From a virus, in IMG/VR virus record IMGVR_UViG_3300021197_001584, positions 15,472 to 79,471 of that record: a stretch of 64,000 nucleotides of DNA; one strand, given 5' to 3'. The notes under the pieces are model-generated. The model worked only from the letters and a program-made list of their open reading frames with translations, did not search any database and was not told the DNA's origin. This document shows, piece after piece, positions 9,192 to 18,541 of this stretch. The translations under genes were made by a program, and so were the position numbers. Every line of letters starts with the position of its first letter. The first letter of the stretch is position 1.

Positions 9192-10769
9192 CTATCCTTT
9201 GTAAATCCAGAGAAATTCTTTTGTCTTCTCTATTTCCTCCCTATGTTTTTCGTTAAACGTTTCGTTATAGAACTTTTGACCTTTGATTTGCGTGTTCATG
9301 GTTGTGGTGCTTTTAAAAACACCTCCAAGCATTGCTTTCTTATATGCCATGTCTCGTTCGTTTTCAGCCAAGGCAGTGTCTCTAACCCAGCAAGCGATTG
9401 CCAAAGACATTACGAGATCATCATTGTAAGAACGCATTGCTTGAGGTTTACCATTGAACCAAATAAAAGTCTTCAATTCGTGAAAAACTCTAGCGGAGTG
9501 CATAGTAATTAGTTTGTTTCTGACGTACTCCTCCAATTTAGCCACGATTAAAGGTCTTGTTTTGGTAGATGTGGTGAAGCCCATGACTGCTCGGTCGTCA
9601 TTCTCAGCAAGGTAGGCTTCGACATATTCGTGAGTTGACTTGATAGAATAGTAAAGTTTTTTATAATTCATATCTTTTAGCTTCTCGAGAACAGCAATTC
9701 CAACACCAACATTTTCAACAACGAGCAAACATGTGCCATACTCTGTTCCTGCATCATAAAGGATCTTTGAGTACATGTCAAGGTCTGGTTTGCCTTGATA
9801 TTCTGCAACAACAGTCATTGTGTCAACGCGGAGGATGTGAAAGCAACTATAGTCAGCTCCGTCACCTCGAGCAACATCGGCCGACAAAAGGTAAGGAACG
9901 CCTTCTTCAAATTTTTCCCAAATCCAAAAGTTACGATCATAGCCCACTCGATATTGTGGATCGCAGACATCGCTATGGATTCTCTGTAGATCCTCGGGAT
10001 TAACAACAGTCTCACCAGAAGCATTGAATGAGCACTCCAACTCCTGTGCGATTTGTCTCTTGGACATGTTGTTTGTCTCTTTGTCGAACCATGCTTGGTC
10101 TCGATCTGGGTGAACATCCCAATGGAGTTTCGTTGGAAAGAAATCGTTGTTCCCTGATTCAGATTCCGTGTAGGTTTTGTGGAACCAGTTTCCAACGCCG
10201 TTAGGGGTGCTTAGAGCGATGCAGCGGCCCCCTGTAGACAAAGTAGGGTAAAGACCCGTCCAAAGCTCGTCGAGGCCGTCAACGAACGCTGCCTCGTCTA
10301 TAATAAGAAGCGACAAAGCTTCCGAACGACCAGCGTCACCTGATGTGGTTCCAGCTTTTACTTGAGAGCCGTTTGTAAGTTCGAATGATTGTTTGTTGTC
10401 CGTTTGGATCTTTGCGATTAGCATCCAAGACGGAAGGTTCTTGAAGATCATCTTGACCTTCTTTACAAGATTTGTTGCTGTGGATAGTTTGGTTGCGATG
10501 ACGAGAACATTCTTTTCTCGGTGAAATAACATAAACCAAGCAACATAGGCAGCCGAGATGGTTGAGATCCCGAGCTGTCTTGCTTTTAAGATTACGTTAA
10601 AACGATAATCGTTAAAGGACTTGAGCATGTCTTTCTGATAGTCATAAGTCTTGAAAGGAATTTGACCATGCATAGGATGCGAGATCTTACAATAATTGTC
10701 AATGAAGTATTGAGGATCCTTTCCGCACTTTACAAGTTCTTTAACGATTTCATTTTTTGTAAGTTTCAT
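9192..10769 (-). CDS. Terminase large subunit (T4 gp17-like)
   Basis: Walker A KARQLGIS, Walker B LIIDEAAF, STPNG motif, nuclease DVARG and DDLVMS. Confidence 0.95.
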   Translation of the reverse strand: MKLTKNEIVKELVKCGKDPQYFIDNYCKISHPMHGQIPFKTYDYQKDMLKSFNDYRFNVILKARQLGISTISAAYVAWFMLFHREKNVLVIATKLSTATNLVKKVKMIFKNLPSWMLIAKIQTDNKQSFELTNGSQVKAGTTSGDAGRSEALSLLIIDEAAFVDGLDELWTGLYPTLSTGGRCIALSTPNGVGNWFHKTYTESESGNNDFFPTKLHWDVHPDRDQAWFDKETNNMSKRQIAQELECSFNASGETVVNPEDLQRIHSDVCDPQYRVGYDRNFWIWEKFEEGVPYLLSADVARGDGADYSCFHILRVDTMTVVAEYQGKPDLDMYSKILYDAGTEYGTCLLVVENVGVGIAVLEKLKDMNYKKLYYSIKSTHEYVEAYLAENDDRAVMGFTTSTKTRPLIVAKLEEYVRNKLITMHSARVFHELKTFIWFNGKPQAMRSYNDDLVMSLAIACWVRDTALAENERDMAYKKAMLGGVFKSTTTMNTQIKGQKFYNETFNEKHREEIEKTKEFLWIYKG

Positions 10770-11305
10770 TTTTGGTGAGTTTTAATTTCGATTCATAACC
10801 GTGCCTCTTTCATCTTGAGACAATCTTAAGATTTCATTAAATTCTTCTCTAATCCTCTTTTTTTCTCTTTGCATCGTTGGTTTACTGCTCCCACTGCAGT
10901 AATGATTGATCTTATTACTGTATAGGCGTAAAATCCCACTCATAATTCTTGCATCGCAGGGGTCGATTTTTTTAGATTCAATGGCATCGAACAAATATTT
11001 TTCTTGTTCATCGGCAGTGGGAAACCTAGATTTCATGTTGAATGCATTCTTGAATGCATTCAAACCTGCTTTTTTTAAATTTTTAGATGTAAGCTCTGGA
11101 TTGTCGTCAAAGGGGTCTAATGGTTGTCCAGATGGACCTAGTGGAATAAATTCGAATGACTCTGGTGCTTGTTGTTGAGGCTCTTCCTTATTCTTTTTTT
11201 TCCCAAAACCGAAGAATCCTTCGTCAAGATCTTGTTCGTTAACAACGGCGTCAAGCTCTTCTTTGATGATTCGTTTTAAAGTTTCTTTTGTAAGTTTCAT
11301 TTTTG
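10755..11305. repeat. Perfect 20-bp direct repeat (10755-10774 and 11286-11305) flanking gene 10782..11300
   Basis: TTTTGTAAGTTTCATTTTTG at both positions (minus strand CAAAAATGAAACTTACAAAA). Confidence 0.9.
10782..11300 (-). CDS. Hypothetical protein with MKLTK leader (candidate internal head protein)
   Basis: Begins MKLTKETLKRIIKEELDAVVNE; ATGA overlap with the upstream gene. Confidence 0.7.
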   Translation of the reverse strand: MKLTKETLKRIIKEELDAVVNEQDLDEGFFGFGKKKNKEEPQQQAPESFEFIPLGPSGQPLDPFDDNPELTSKNLKKAGLNAFKNAFNMKSRFPTADEQEKYLFDAIESKKIDPCDARIMSGILRLYSNKINHYCSGSSKPTMQREKKRIREEFNEILRLSQDERGTVMNRN

Positions 11306-11857
11306 ATTATCTCCAGCCTTAATCTTTTCGTTTTGAGGACGCTTTGCTTTTGCGAACTCTAAAAACTTTTTTGTAATGTCATTAGTGGTATTTTCCGAAG
11401 GCTCCAACATCTCATCCATTTGTAAGCCGCCAATCTTGTAGTGTTGATAGGCTTGAACAAATGTTCGAACGTTTGAGGTTGTCTGAACGATAACCTGTGG
11501 TTCGCCCTTTGCAGTCAAGGAGACAGACTTTCCAGTGATTGCTTTGTATTCTTTTTGTAAGAACTTCTTAACTTCATTAATGGTTCTCATGATTTCATTT
11601 TCAAAACCACTTTCTTTCAAGTCTCGCATCATGACATCTGATTGGTAATTGATGATCATGGAGTTTCCGTAAAACTTTACTTTAAAGCCATCGATGACTC
11701 GCTTGTCGAGCAAAGGGATGCCTTGCTCTCGCATAAGTCCGGTCTTTCGTGCTTTGCCATCATGGGAGTAGTTCTCCATGTGTTGTCCGCCGTCGTATGA
11801 ACCGTTGGCGGCTGCTTGGGAAAGTCCCTGTATGATTTCTAATGTTTCTTTGCTCAT
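11297..11857 (-). CDS. Hypothetical protein
   Basis: 186 aa, SD GAGG. Confidence 0.65.
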   Translation of the reverse strand: MSKETLEIIQGLSQAAANGSYDGGQHMENYSHDGKARKTGLMREQGIPLLDKRVIDGFKVKFYGNSMIINYQSDVMMRDLKESGFENEIMRTINEVKKFLQKEYKAITGKSVSLTAKGEPQVIVQTTSNVRTFVQAYQHYKIGGLQMDEMLEPSENTTNDITKKFLEFAKAKRPQNEKIKAGDNQK

Positions 11858-11873
11858 TTGTTTTTAGCCTCTT

Positions 11874-12185
11874 TTATTGATTCATTTTTTCTTTGATTGC
11901 CGAAACTAATTTCTGCACTTCTGGTGGGAGAGTCTGGATATAATCCGTTGCCATCTCGCTACCCTGGACAAGAATGGTTCCAGGAGAACCATCTTTTGGA
12001 TAATAAGCTATAACATTTGTTCCTCTATCATCTACAACTTTAATTTGGTCACCAAGACCTAGTTTTTCTGCAGCTAATTTGGCAAACTCCATAACGTCTG
12101 CGCCCATGTCTTCTGGTCCTTCCGCCATCACTGCAGCTAATTCTTCTTTGATGATTTGTTTTAATGTTTGCTTTGTAAGTTTCAT
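11874..12185 (-). CDS. Hypothetical protein with MKLTK leader
   Basis: Start reassigned to ATG 12185 (GGAG SD, ATGA overlap): MKLTKQTLKQIIKEELAAVMAE. Confidence 0.7.
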   Translation of the reverse strand: MKLTKQTLKQIIKEELAAVMAEGPEDMGADVMEFAKLAAEKLGLGDQIKVVDDRGTNVIAYYPKDGSPGTILVQGSEMATDYIQTLPPEVQKLVSAIKEKMNQ

Positions 12186-12550
12186 TTGTTTGGTCTCCAG
12201 CCTTTTTTCCATCTTTCTTCTCGGCCTTCTATCCATTGGATGTAACATTTGTAGCAACAATCAAATTTCGTCATGTAAAGATCATCAACGGATTTGAATG
12301 AATAAGTGTTGCAAGTTGGACATGAACGCTCGGATTCTTTATTAAGTAGTTCTTTTGAGATTAAAACTCCATCTAGATCTACCTTTTGAGCCTCGGCTTT
12401 ACCAAGTCTATAGTTGGACTTGAGTTCGTCGAGATACTCTTTTTCTTTCTCGTCATCCCAGTGGGACTTGGGATTGGCTACTGCTTCTTGGCCGTACTTT
12501 TCTGCAATTGCTTTTTCGACCTTTACGGCGTAATTTGGATCTTTGCTCAT
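12182..12550 (-). CDS. Zinc-binding hypothetical protein
   Basis: CPTC...CCYKC motif, 122 aa. Confidence 0.6.
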   Translation of the reverse strand: MSKDPNYAVKVEKAIAEKYGQEAVANPKSHWDDEKEKEYLDELKSNYRLGKAEAQKVDLDGVLISKELLNKESERSCPTCNTYSFKSVDDLYMTKFDCCYKCYIQWIEGREERWKKGWRPNK

Positions 12551-12957
12551 TTAACACTCACTTCTATTTGATTTGCAGCATAGTAAGTCAAAAGAGATGC
12601 TGATGTTCCGAGGACAAAGCCACCGAAGAACACCCAAGTTTGCCTTTTGGTGTTTGAGTTTCTTCTAAGAACCTCGATCTCTTCGTCTTTGATTTCGATC
12701 ATCGCATCGTATTTTGTTTGCAATGCTGTCTTTTCTATATCTAAATAGTCAATTTGACGCTGTTTTTCCGCAAGTTGAAGTGAAAAATCTAAAGCAGCAT
12801 TGATCGTACACTGTTCTTCTGTGAACTCTTTCATGGCTATTATAGATACAACCGCCTCATCATTAAACAGTCTACCGGCAAAAGGTGCAACTTCTCCTTC
12901 AGATAAAGGAGTCATCAACGGGGTTGCAGTTGCGAGTGCAGTCAAAAGCCAAATCAT
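12547..12957 (-). CDS. Exported/membrane coiled-coil protein (possibly spanin-like)
   Basis: Hydrophobic N-terminus, coiled-coil middle, C-terminal TM segment (WVFFGGFVLGTSASLL). Confidence 0.45.
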   Translation of the reverse strand: MIWLLTALATATPLMTPLSEGEVAPFAGRLFNDEAVVSIIAMKEFTEEQCTINAALDFSLQLAEKQRQIDYLDIEKTALQTKYDAMIEIKDEEIEVLRRNSNTKRQTWVFFGGFVLGTSASLLTYYAANQIEVSVK

Positions 12958-13343
12958 TTTAGCCTCGAGATGTTTAACTCTTCCATTAGAATGCGATCAA
13001 TGGCATCCGGGTCTTCCTTGGCTAGCTCAATCAATTCAAGCTTTCGATTTACCGTCTCTCTCTCGAGTTCGGTCTGGGCTTGTCTATGTTGTCTTCTCAA
13101 GGCTGTTCGAGACTGCATGTATTTTTTGTTGGCTCGAGCAAGTCTCAACTTTTCCTCAGCTGAAATCTCTTCGATTACTTCAATTTCTTTTTCTTTTGCT
13201 TTGACGGTTGCTTCTGCGGCTTCGACTTGCTTCTCTTTACTTTTACGTCCGAGAACGAAAACGGTCAATACGACAACACCGGAAGCGATCAGCTCCCACT
13301 TATCCTTAATCCAATCCCACTTATCCTTAATCCAGTTCGACAT
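12954..13343 (-). CDS. Membrane-anchored coiled-coil protein (possible i-spanin)
   Basis: Start ATG 13343 (TAATG overlap); N-terminal TM segment then coiled coil; 20-bp tandem duplication 13294-13334 encodes WIKDKW twice. Confidence 0.45.
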   Translation of the reverse strand: MSNWIKDKWDWIKDKWELIASGVVVLTVFVLGRKSKEKQVEAAEATVKAKEKEIEVIEEISAEEKLRLARANKKYMQSRTALRRQHRQAQTELERETVNRKLELIELAKEDPDAIDRILMEELNISRLK

Positions 13344-13558
13344 TATCCGTGCCTCCATGTTCTTGCGAAGTCAATCGCAGTTTGGCCACCAATATAAGTC
13401 ATGGCAATCATTCCCCATGTTTCGGCATCGAGACCAACGCCCAAATACAAAAGGGCAGTAGCGACAGCGAACACAAGGAGCTTTCGTGAAATTGCCCTCT
13501 CCATTACGCTATCGATAATGCCCTTCTTTTCATTTTTATTCTCATTAGAGTCTTGCAT
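13343..13558 (-). CDS. Holin-like small membrane protein
   Basis: 71 aa, two TM segments, SRKLLV...YIGGQ..ID pattern; AGGAG SD and late motif upstream. Confidence 0.55.
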   Translation of the reverse strand: MQDSNENKNEKKGIIDSVMERAISRKLLVFAVATALLYLGVGLDAETWGMIAMTYIGGQTAIDFARTWRHG

Positions 13559-13597
13559 AGTATTTCTCCTTTGCTTGGCCCTAACTAGTTCTTAACG

Positions 13598-16500
13598 CTA
13601 CAATTTGACTTGTGCATAGCCATCAGTCTTATCTATATCGATTGACATATCGACTATGTCTTTCAATCCTTCTAGGTGAGTAATCAATAGAACAGTCTTG
13701 AATTGTGCTTTGATCATTTGCAACAGTCTCGTGAAGCCTTCCATGTGCTCTGCATCCAACGCTGTGGCTGGTTCATCAAGAACAAATATGTTTGACTTTG
13801 GCAAAGATGAAACAGAAATCAACGCAAGACGAACAGCCATCGATGCAATTGTCTTCTCGGCACCTGAACCCATAGATAAAGGTCGTGGATCATAGTTTGG
13901 ATGCTTCAGATAGACTTCAAGCTTATCTCCATCTTCTGCAAAGAATACTTGGAACTCAACAATTGACGAAAGAACTTTTTGGATCTCATCATTGATTACT
14001 GGGAGCATTGACTTGATAACCTCATAAGAGATTCCATTTGCATGTGTCGCCTTTACAAAGATGTCGTAAGCAATGTAGTCACGTTCGGCAGCAGAGATTT
14101 GATCGATTTTTTCTTTTGCTTCTTCAATAATTCGCTTTGCAGATCCCTTCTCGGACATGAACTCTAGAACTTTTGACTCACAAATTTTGATCTCCGCTGC
14201 TTTTAGTGACACAGTCTTATTGATTGCTTGTAGATCTCGACGCAATGAGGATAGGTTTTCATAGGCCTCGATGTTGTCGTTGTAGTAAGCGATGTCGGCT
14301 TGACGATCATTGATTCTTCGTTCCATTAGAGACACTTTGCCTTCACAATTTTCCCACTGCAAAGACATGTTGCGAACTTCAGATTGTTCTCTCGCAAGAG
14401 TGTCGCGTTGGGCTTCGTAGTCTCGAACAACTGCTTGTGAATAAGTTTCGTTGATCAACGATGCTTTCATCTTTAAATCAAGCATTTGAGAATTAAGAGT
14501 CTCGATAAGTTCACTAACCTCAACGATTGTGACCTTTGCTTCTTCTGCTTTCTTTACAAACTCGTTGTTACTGCAGAATTTGCAGTCAGGATCATACTCG
14601 TGATCATGGAGCATGTCGATCTTGCTTTGCAACCTTTGCTTCTCACGTAAAGCCTTGTCTCTAGACTTGGCCGTCTTTTTGATTTCATCTTTAATAATCT
14701 TGAAAGTATCAAGATCAGATTGAGCAACTACCGACTCCTCAAGCAGAGATGGCAATCTAGCCGTTAAATCTTCGATTCTAGAGCGCTTAGAAGAGATCTC
14801 GGTAGATAACCTATCCATCTCACTAGAGTTCTTTAGAAGAGATTTTTGAGCCTTTGAGAGCGCGTCTTTCAACATATCTATGTCAAGGTCTCTTTGCGAA
14901 GCTGCTTCTACTTGATCTCGAATCAATTGCTGGTCTTCTTTGAGAACTGTCAATCTAGCAGTGTGTTTCTCGCAAAGAGTCTGTTGTGTTTCGATATCCT
15001 CAAGGATCTCTGCAAACTCGGCTTGGGCTCTTGAGAGCTTCTTCTGCCAATCGACTGATGTTAAGTGCTTGATAACTCCTCGCATCTCAGATGAGTCGGT
15101 CTTCGCAAGTTTATGCATTTGGTCGAAGATCTGGAGATCTAGGAACTTTGCAAGGATCTCTTTGCGTTTTGTCGATCCTTCGTTAATGAATCCGAAAGAT
15201 TCATTTTGAGCGGCGAGGGAAGTCATCATGAAGTCTTCAAGCGAACCAAAGACATTTCTAATATTGTCGTCTGTCTTGTTGCGAGTGTCTCCGTTCTTTG
15301 ACTCTGCTCTTGTACCAAGCGTTAGTTTTCGGAAGTTGAGTTCCGTTTTGGCTGAGACGACTTCTCTACCTTTAGACCTTCCGGTTGTTTTTTCGAGGCT
15401 TCGATCAATTTTGTAAACATCATCGCCGACAGCGATCTCGAGTTTACAAGAAGCTTGTTCTTGGTTTTGATTGATGATATGGACATTCTTTCTTTCTCCT
15501 TTTGATGTCGTATTGAAAAGACCAAACAGTGCAGCATCAATAATAGATGATTTACCTGAATAGTTCTTTCCGAAGATTCCAACAAGGCCGTTTAGCCGGC
15601 TGAAATCTAAAGTATTACCTTTTCCGTAATTAAATAGGTGGTCCCAACTCATTTTCTTAATATCCCACACAACATTTCTAGCGATAGGCGAGGATGAATC
15701 TATCTTCTTTAGATAGTCTCGGGACAATTCGACAACACGATCTCGAACGGAATCATCGATTTCTCTGCCTTCCATGAATTCTCTGAGGAACTTTTCTTGG
15801 TTATCAGGGTTTCTCATGTTCAACGACTTTCCGTTCTTCGCAGATGCCACATCGTTTGACAATGTGGAATTGTTCACGAAACTGACAGAATGTGTTGACC
15901 ATTTGACTTGAGCATAGTCACACGCTCTTTTTAATTTTGCCATTGGCAAGTTGTGATTGCACACAAGTCTCAGACGCGAGTTCTTTGGAACATCGGTCAC
16001 AGGTAGTGTCCCATCTTGATTGATGTGGACAGTAATGAATGGTCGAGGCGATTGGAATAATCTCTTATCGATTGAGTGCTTATCTTTCGAGTGAATGTTC
16101 CACATGAGATAACCTTTCAACCTAGATTCTCCAAAGTTCTGTTGGACGGTCGAACCGGCGTACCAAACTCTTTGATTGAGGTCCATTGATTGGATCTTGT
16201 GAATGTCTCCGAGCATTGCATAGTCAAAATCTAAAAAGATTGACATGTCATCCTCTCCGTGATCCAGAGAGAATCCAGAGCCAACCTGAGATCCTCGAAT
16301 AGCACCATGATAAAGAGCGATGTTAATGTCATTGTTGTTCGATGGCATCTGCCAATTGTCTCTATCAAAGACAGACAAGACATTAAATGTCAAACCATCT
16401 TCGGGAGAATATTCTCCTGAGTTCTTCAGCAAAGTAAAGTTCGGATGCTGCATAGCATCTGCAATGGGCGTTACTGCATCTTGTCGATCACCATTCTTTA

Positions 16501-16765
16501 AGTTGCCATCGTGATTACCTAAAATCATAATGGTTGGGGCGATGTCTGCCAGAGACTTGAGAAAGTTTGATGCCATCTCGAAGTACTCGGGAGACAACTG
16601 TGTCTTCGTGTGAGCTAGATCACCGGTGTGAACGATGTAGTCTGGCTGCTCTTGTTTCAAGCTATCGTAAATCTGATTGAAAACGTGGCGATATTCATCA
16701 TGATATTTAAGATTGCGAATGTGTGTGTCACTAATGTGAGCGATGCGGAACATTTTGTTCGACAT
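13598..16765 (-). CDS. Fused SbcD(Mre11)-SbcC(Rad50) nuclease-ATPase (T4 gp47+gp46-like)
   Basis: DTH, GDLAH, GNHD, GDIH phosphoesterase motifs; Walker A GKNYSGKS; Zn hook CKFC in coiled coil; signature SGAE; Walker B VLDEP; ITH. Confidence 0.92.
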   Translation of the reverse strand: MSNKMFRIAHISDTHIRNLKYHDEYRHVFNQIYDSLKQEQPDYIVHTGDLAHTKTQLSPEYFEMASNFLKSLADIAPTIMILGNHDGNLKNGDRQDAVTPIADAMQHPNFTLLKNSGEYSPEDGLTFNVLSVFDRDNWQMPSNNNDINIALYHGAIRGSQVGSGFSLDHGEDDMSIFLDFDYAMLGDIHKIQSMDLNQRVWYAGSTVQQNFGESRLKGYLMWNIHSKDKHSIDKRLFQSPRPFITVHINQDGTLPVTDVPKNSRLRLVCNHNLPMAKLKRACDYAQVKWSTHSVSFVNNSTLSNDVASAKNGKSLNMRNPDNQEKFLREFMEGREIDDSVRDRVVELSRDYLKKIDSSSPIARNVVWDIKKMSWDHLFNYGKGNTLDFSRLNGLVGIFGKNYSGKSSIIDAALFGLFNTTSKGERKNVHIINQNQEQASCKLEIAVGDDVYKIDRSLEKTTGRSKGREVVSAKTELNFRKLTLGTRAESKNGDTRNKTDDNIRNVFGSLEDFMMTSLAAQNESFGFINEGSTKRKEILAKFLDLQIFDQMHKLAKTDSSEMRGVIKHLTSVDWQKKLSRAQAEFAEILEDIETQQTLCEKHTARLTVLKEDQQLIRDQVEAASQRDLDIDMLKDALSKAQKSLLKNSSEMDRLSTEISSKRSRIEDLTARLPSLLEESVVAQSDLDTFKIIKDEIKKTAKSRDKALREKQRLQSKIDMLHDHEYDPDCKFCSNNEFVKKAEEAKVTIVEVSELIETLNSQMLDLKMKASLINETYSQAVVRDYEAQRDTLAREQSEVRNMSLQWENCEGKVSLMERRINDRQADIAYYNDNIEAYENLSSLRRDLQAINKTVSLKAAEIKICESKVLEFMSEKGSAKRIIEEAKEKIDQISAAERDYIAYDIFVKATHANGISYEVIKSMLPVINDEIQKVLSSIVEFQVFFAEDGDKLEVYLKHPNYDPRPLSMGSGAEKTIASMAVRLALISVSSLPKSNIFVLDEPATALDAEHMEGFTRLLQMIKAQFKTVLLITHLEGLKDIVDMSIDIDKTDGYAQVKL

Positions 16766-16789
16766 AAGTCCTCCTGTTTGTTTGGCTAC

Positions 16790-17095
16790 TTATAATGTAA
16801 CATGTTTTGTTTTGAGTGTCAAGTATTTTTCTTCAAATTCATCATAAAAAATTGGACCTCCATCCATGAAAGTCAAGTCAAAAATGTTGTAGTCAAACCA
16901 CTCTAGCGCCATTACAGCATCCCATCCGTAGGCATCTTTTAGACACTGGAGTAACGCGTCAACATTGTAGACCAATCGACTTTCTTTTCTATGAAATTCT
17001 TTTAAAGAGTCCTCGAACACTTCTTTTGGCTCCAAGACCATAAACTCATGACCATCTTCAATGGCATCTTCTATTATTTTATCAGCTAAATTCAT
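16790..17095 (-). CDS. Hypothetical protein
   Basis: 101 aa acidic; AGGAGG SD; own promoter TTGACA-17-TATATT at 17121-17149. Confidence 0.65.
   Translation of the reverse strand: MNLADKIIEDAIEDGHEFMVLEPKEVFEDSLKEFHRKESRLVYNVDALLQCLKDAYGWDAVMALEWFDYNIFDLTFMDGGPIFYDEFEEKYLTLKTKHVTL
16794..16822 (-). promoter_or_regulatory. Sigma70-type early promoter for the sbcDC fusion
   Basis: TTGACA-17 nt (ending TGT)-TACATT, then SD CAGGAGG. Confidence 0.8.
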
Positions 17096-17150
17096 CGTAA
17101 CCTCCTAAAGTTCACATTATAATATAACATGATTTAGGAACGTTGTCAAA

Positions 17151-17357
17151 TCAATTGAGAAGAATTATCATTTCGGATGACACTACAATATCAATTCTTC
17201 CAAACCTAACAGAATACCACTTTATTTCTTTTCCAAAATCTACATCTGGTAAGTTATCGAAAGAGACAATAGACAACACAATACCTATGTTTGGCGTTGT
17301 TTCGCTCTTGAAATCTTCTAAAAACTCAACCAAACTTCCAATTTGAATGTTCTCCAC
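17151..17357 (-). CDS. Small hypothetical protein
   Basis: 68 aa, GTG start after GGAGG; late motif at 17375-17381. Confidence 0.55.
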   Translation of the reverse strand: MENIQIGSLVEFLEDFKSETTPNIGIVLSIVSFDNLPDVDFGKEIKWYSVRFGRIDIVVSSEMIILLN

Positions 17358-17400
17358 ATGAAGCCCTCCACTACTAAATAGTGTCGAGACTAGCGATGAT

Positions 17401-18309
17401 CTACTCGATGTGACCTGTTCCTACAACAGACCATTCAAGTTGGACATCAACATAGCCATTAAGGCCTTCGTATGGAACTCTTTGTTGAGAAAATCTTGTC
17501 ATGTGAATAGCAGTTAATGACCACGTAGGATATGATTGGAAATAAGATCCATCAAACATAAAGTATCCACTGTCATTAGTGGAGCACGACACTACACCAA
17601 GCAGTTGGCTACCGTCGGGAGAATAGGTTGCGATTGTAATGTTAAACAAGTCTTGTCCACCAGAAGGGCCCCACGAAAATTGTGTTCCAAACTTTGAGAC
17701 AACTGCTGCAAAGGCATAGGAGATGTCTACATAGCGCATCTCGTATGGCTCGATAAAGTCGAACCCGTGAATTGAACGAAACTGGAATGATGATCCATCT
17801 TGGAGTTGGACATTCATATTGACATCTCGATCATATTGATATTCTTGAATAAAACCAGTGTAAACGTTCATTCCATTGTTGAAGGCACTAAAGGAGTTCG
17901 GATTTCCAAAGACATTAATTGACTGTCCAACGTTTTGTGTTGAGACTCCGATTTGGACTGGATTTACGTTGTTAGTGCATTGCCCTGCTTGAGGAAACCG
18001 AGTCGGGTGAGTTTCGTTGATTTTGCTATGGAACTTAGAATCAAACTGTATTGTGATCTCTTGGCTAACACCCATGCATGCTTGACATGCAACTTGCTCT
18101 AGATTAAAGTTTGTAAGCCCAACAGTGCCCCCTAAGGGCTCTGAGGACGGCTCGGTTGATGGTTCAACTGTTGGTTCGTTTGCCGGTTCTGAAGATGGTT
18201 CTATCGACGCTGTGTCGACTGTTTGCGTTGCCGTCTCTGTTGATTGGACCTTTTCTGTTGTTCTAATTCCGATGTCTCCACCGCAGGCCAAAAATAAGGC
18301 TAATAGCAT
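17401..18309 (-). CDS. Lipoprotein
   Basis: MLLALFLAC lipobox-like start; EPSS/EPST linker repeats; CxxC; AGGAG SD. Confidence 0.7.
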   Translation of the reverse strand: MLLALFLACGGDIGIRTTEKVQSTETATQTVDTASIEPSSEPANEPTVEPSTEPSSEPLGGTVGLTNFNLEQVACQACMGVSQEITIQFDSKFHSKINETHPTRFPQAGQCTNNVNPVQIGVSTQNVGQSINVFGNPNSFSAFNNGMNVYTGFIQEYQYDRDVNMNVQLQDGSSFQFRSIHGFDFIEPYEMRYVDISYAFAAVVSKFGTQFSWGPSGGQDLFNITIATYSPDGSQLLGVVSCSTNDSGYFMFDGSYFQSYPTWSLTAIHMTRFSQQRVPYEGLNGYVDVQLEWSVVGTGHIE

Positions 18310-18317
18310 GATAACTC

Positions 18318-18527
18318 CTAGTGTTCGATAACAATTATGTAGCCGAGGAACTCTCCTCGCTCATATTCTAGATCGTAGTAGTTCAATAGAGAACAGACAA
18401 GATCTTTCATAGCTTCTGAATTTCCGGTAATGACCTTCATTCTACGTCGCCAATTGCTATTAATAAATAGTTCGAGTTTGCGTTTAGCGTCTCTATGTGT
18501 AGACCCGTGAAGATCAAGTGTCAACAT
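18318..18527 (-). CDS. Stand-alone Smr-domain protein
   Basis: Start reassigned to ATG 18527 (GGAGG SD): LDLHG...KVITG Smr motifs, 69 aa. Confidence 0.7.
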   Translation of the reverse strand: MLTLDLHGSTHRDAKRKLELFINSNWRRRMKVITGNSEAMKDLVCSLLNYYDLEYERGEFLGYIIVIEH

Positions 18528-18541
18528 CGAGCCTCCAAAAT

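Noticed and set aside
9192-10769. Terminase as a member of the MKLTK leader family
   Set aside because: Only MKLTK matches; the TLKxIIKEEL part is absent. Reported only as a DNA direct repeat
13294-13334. 20-bp tandem duplication
   Set aside because: A single in-frame 7-codon duplication (WIKDKWD/E); no sign of an array or phase variation
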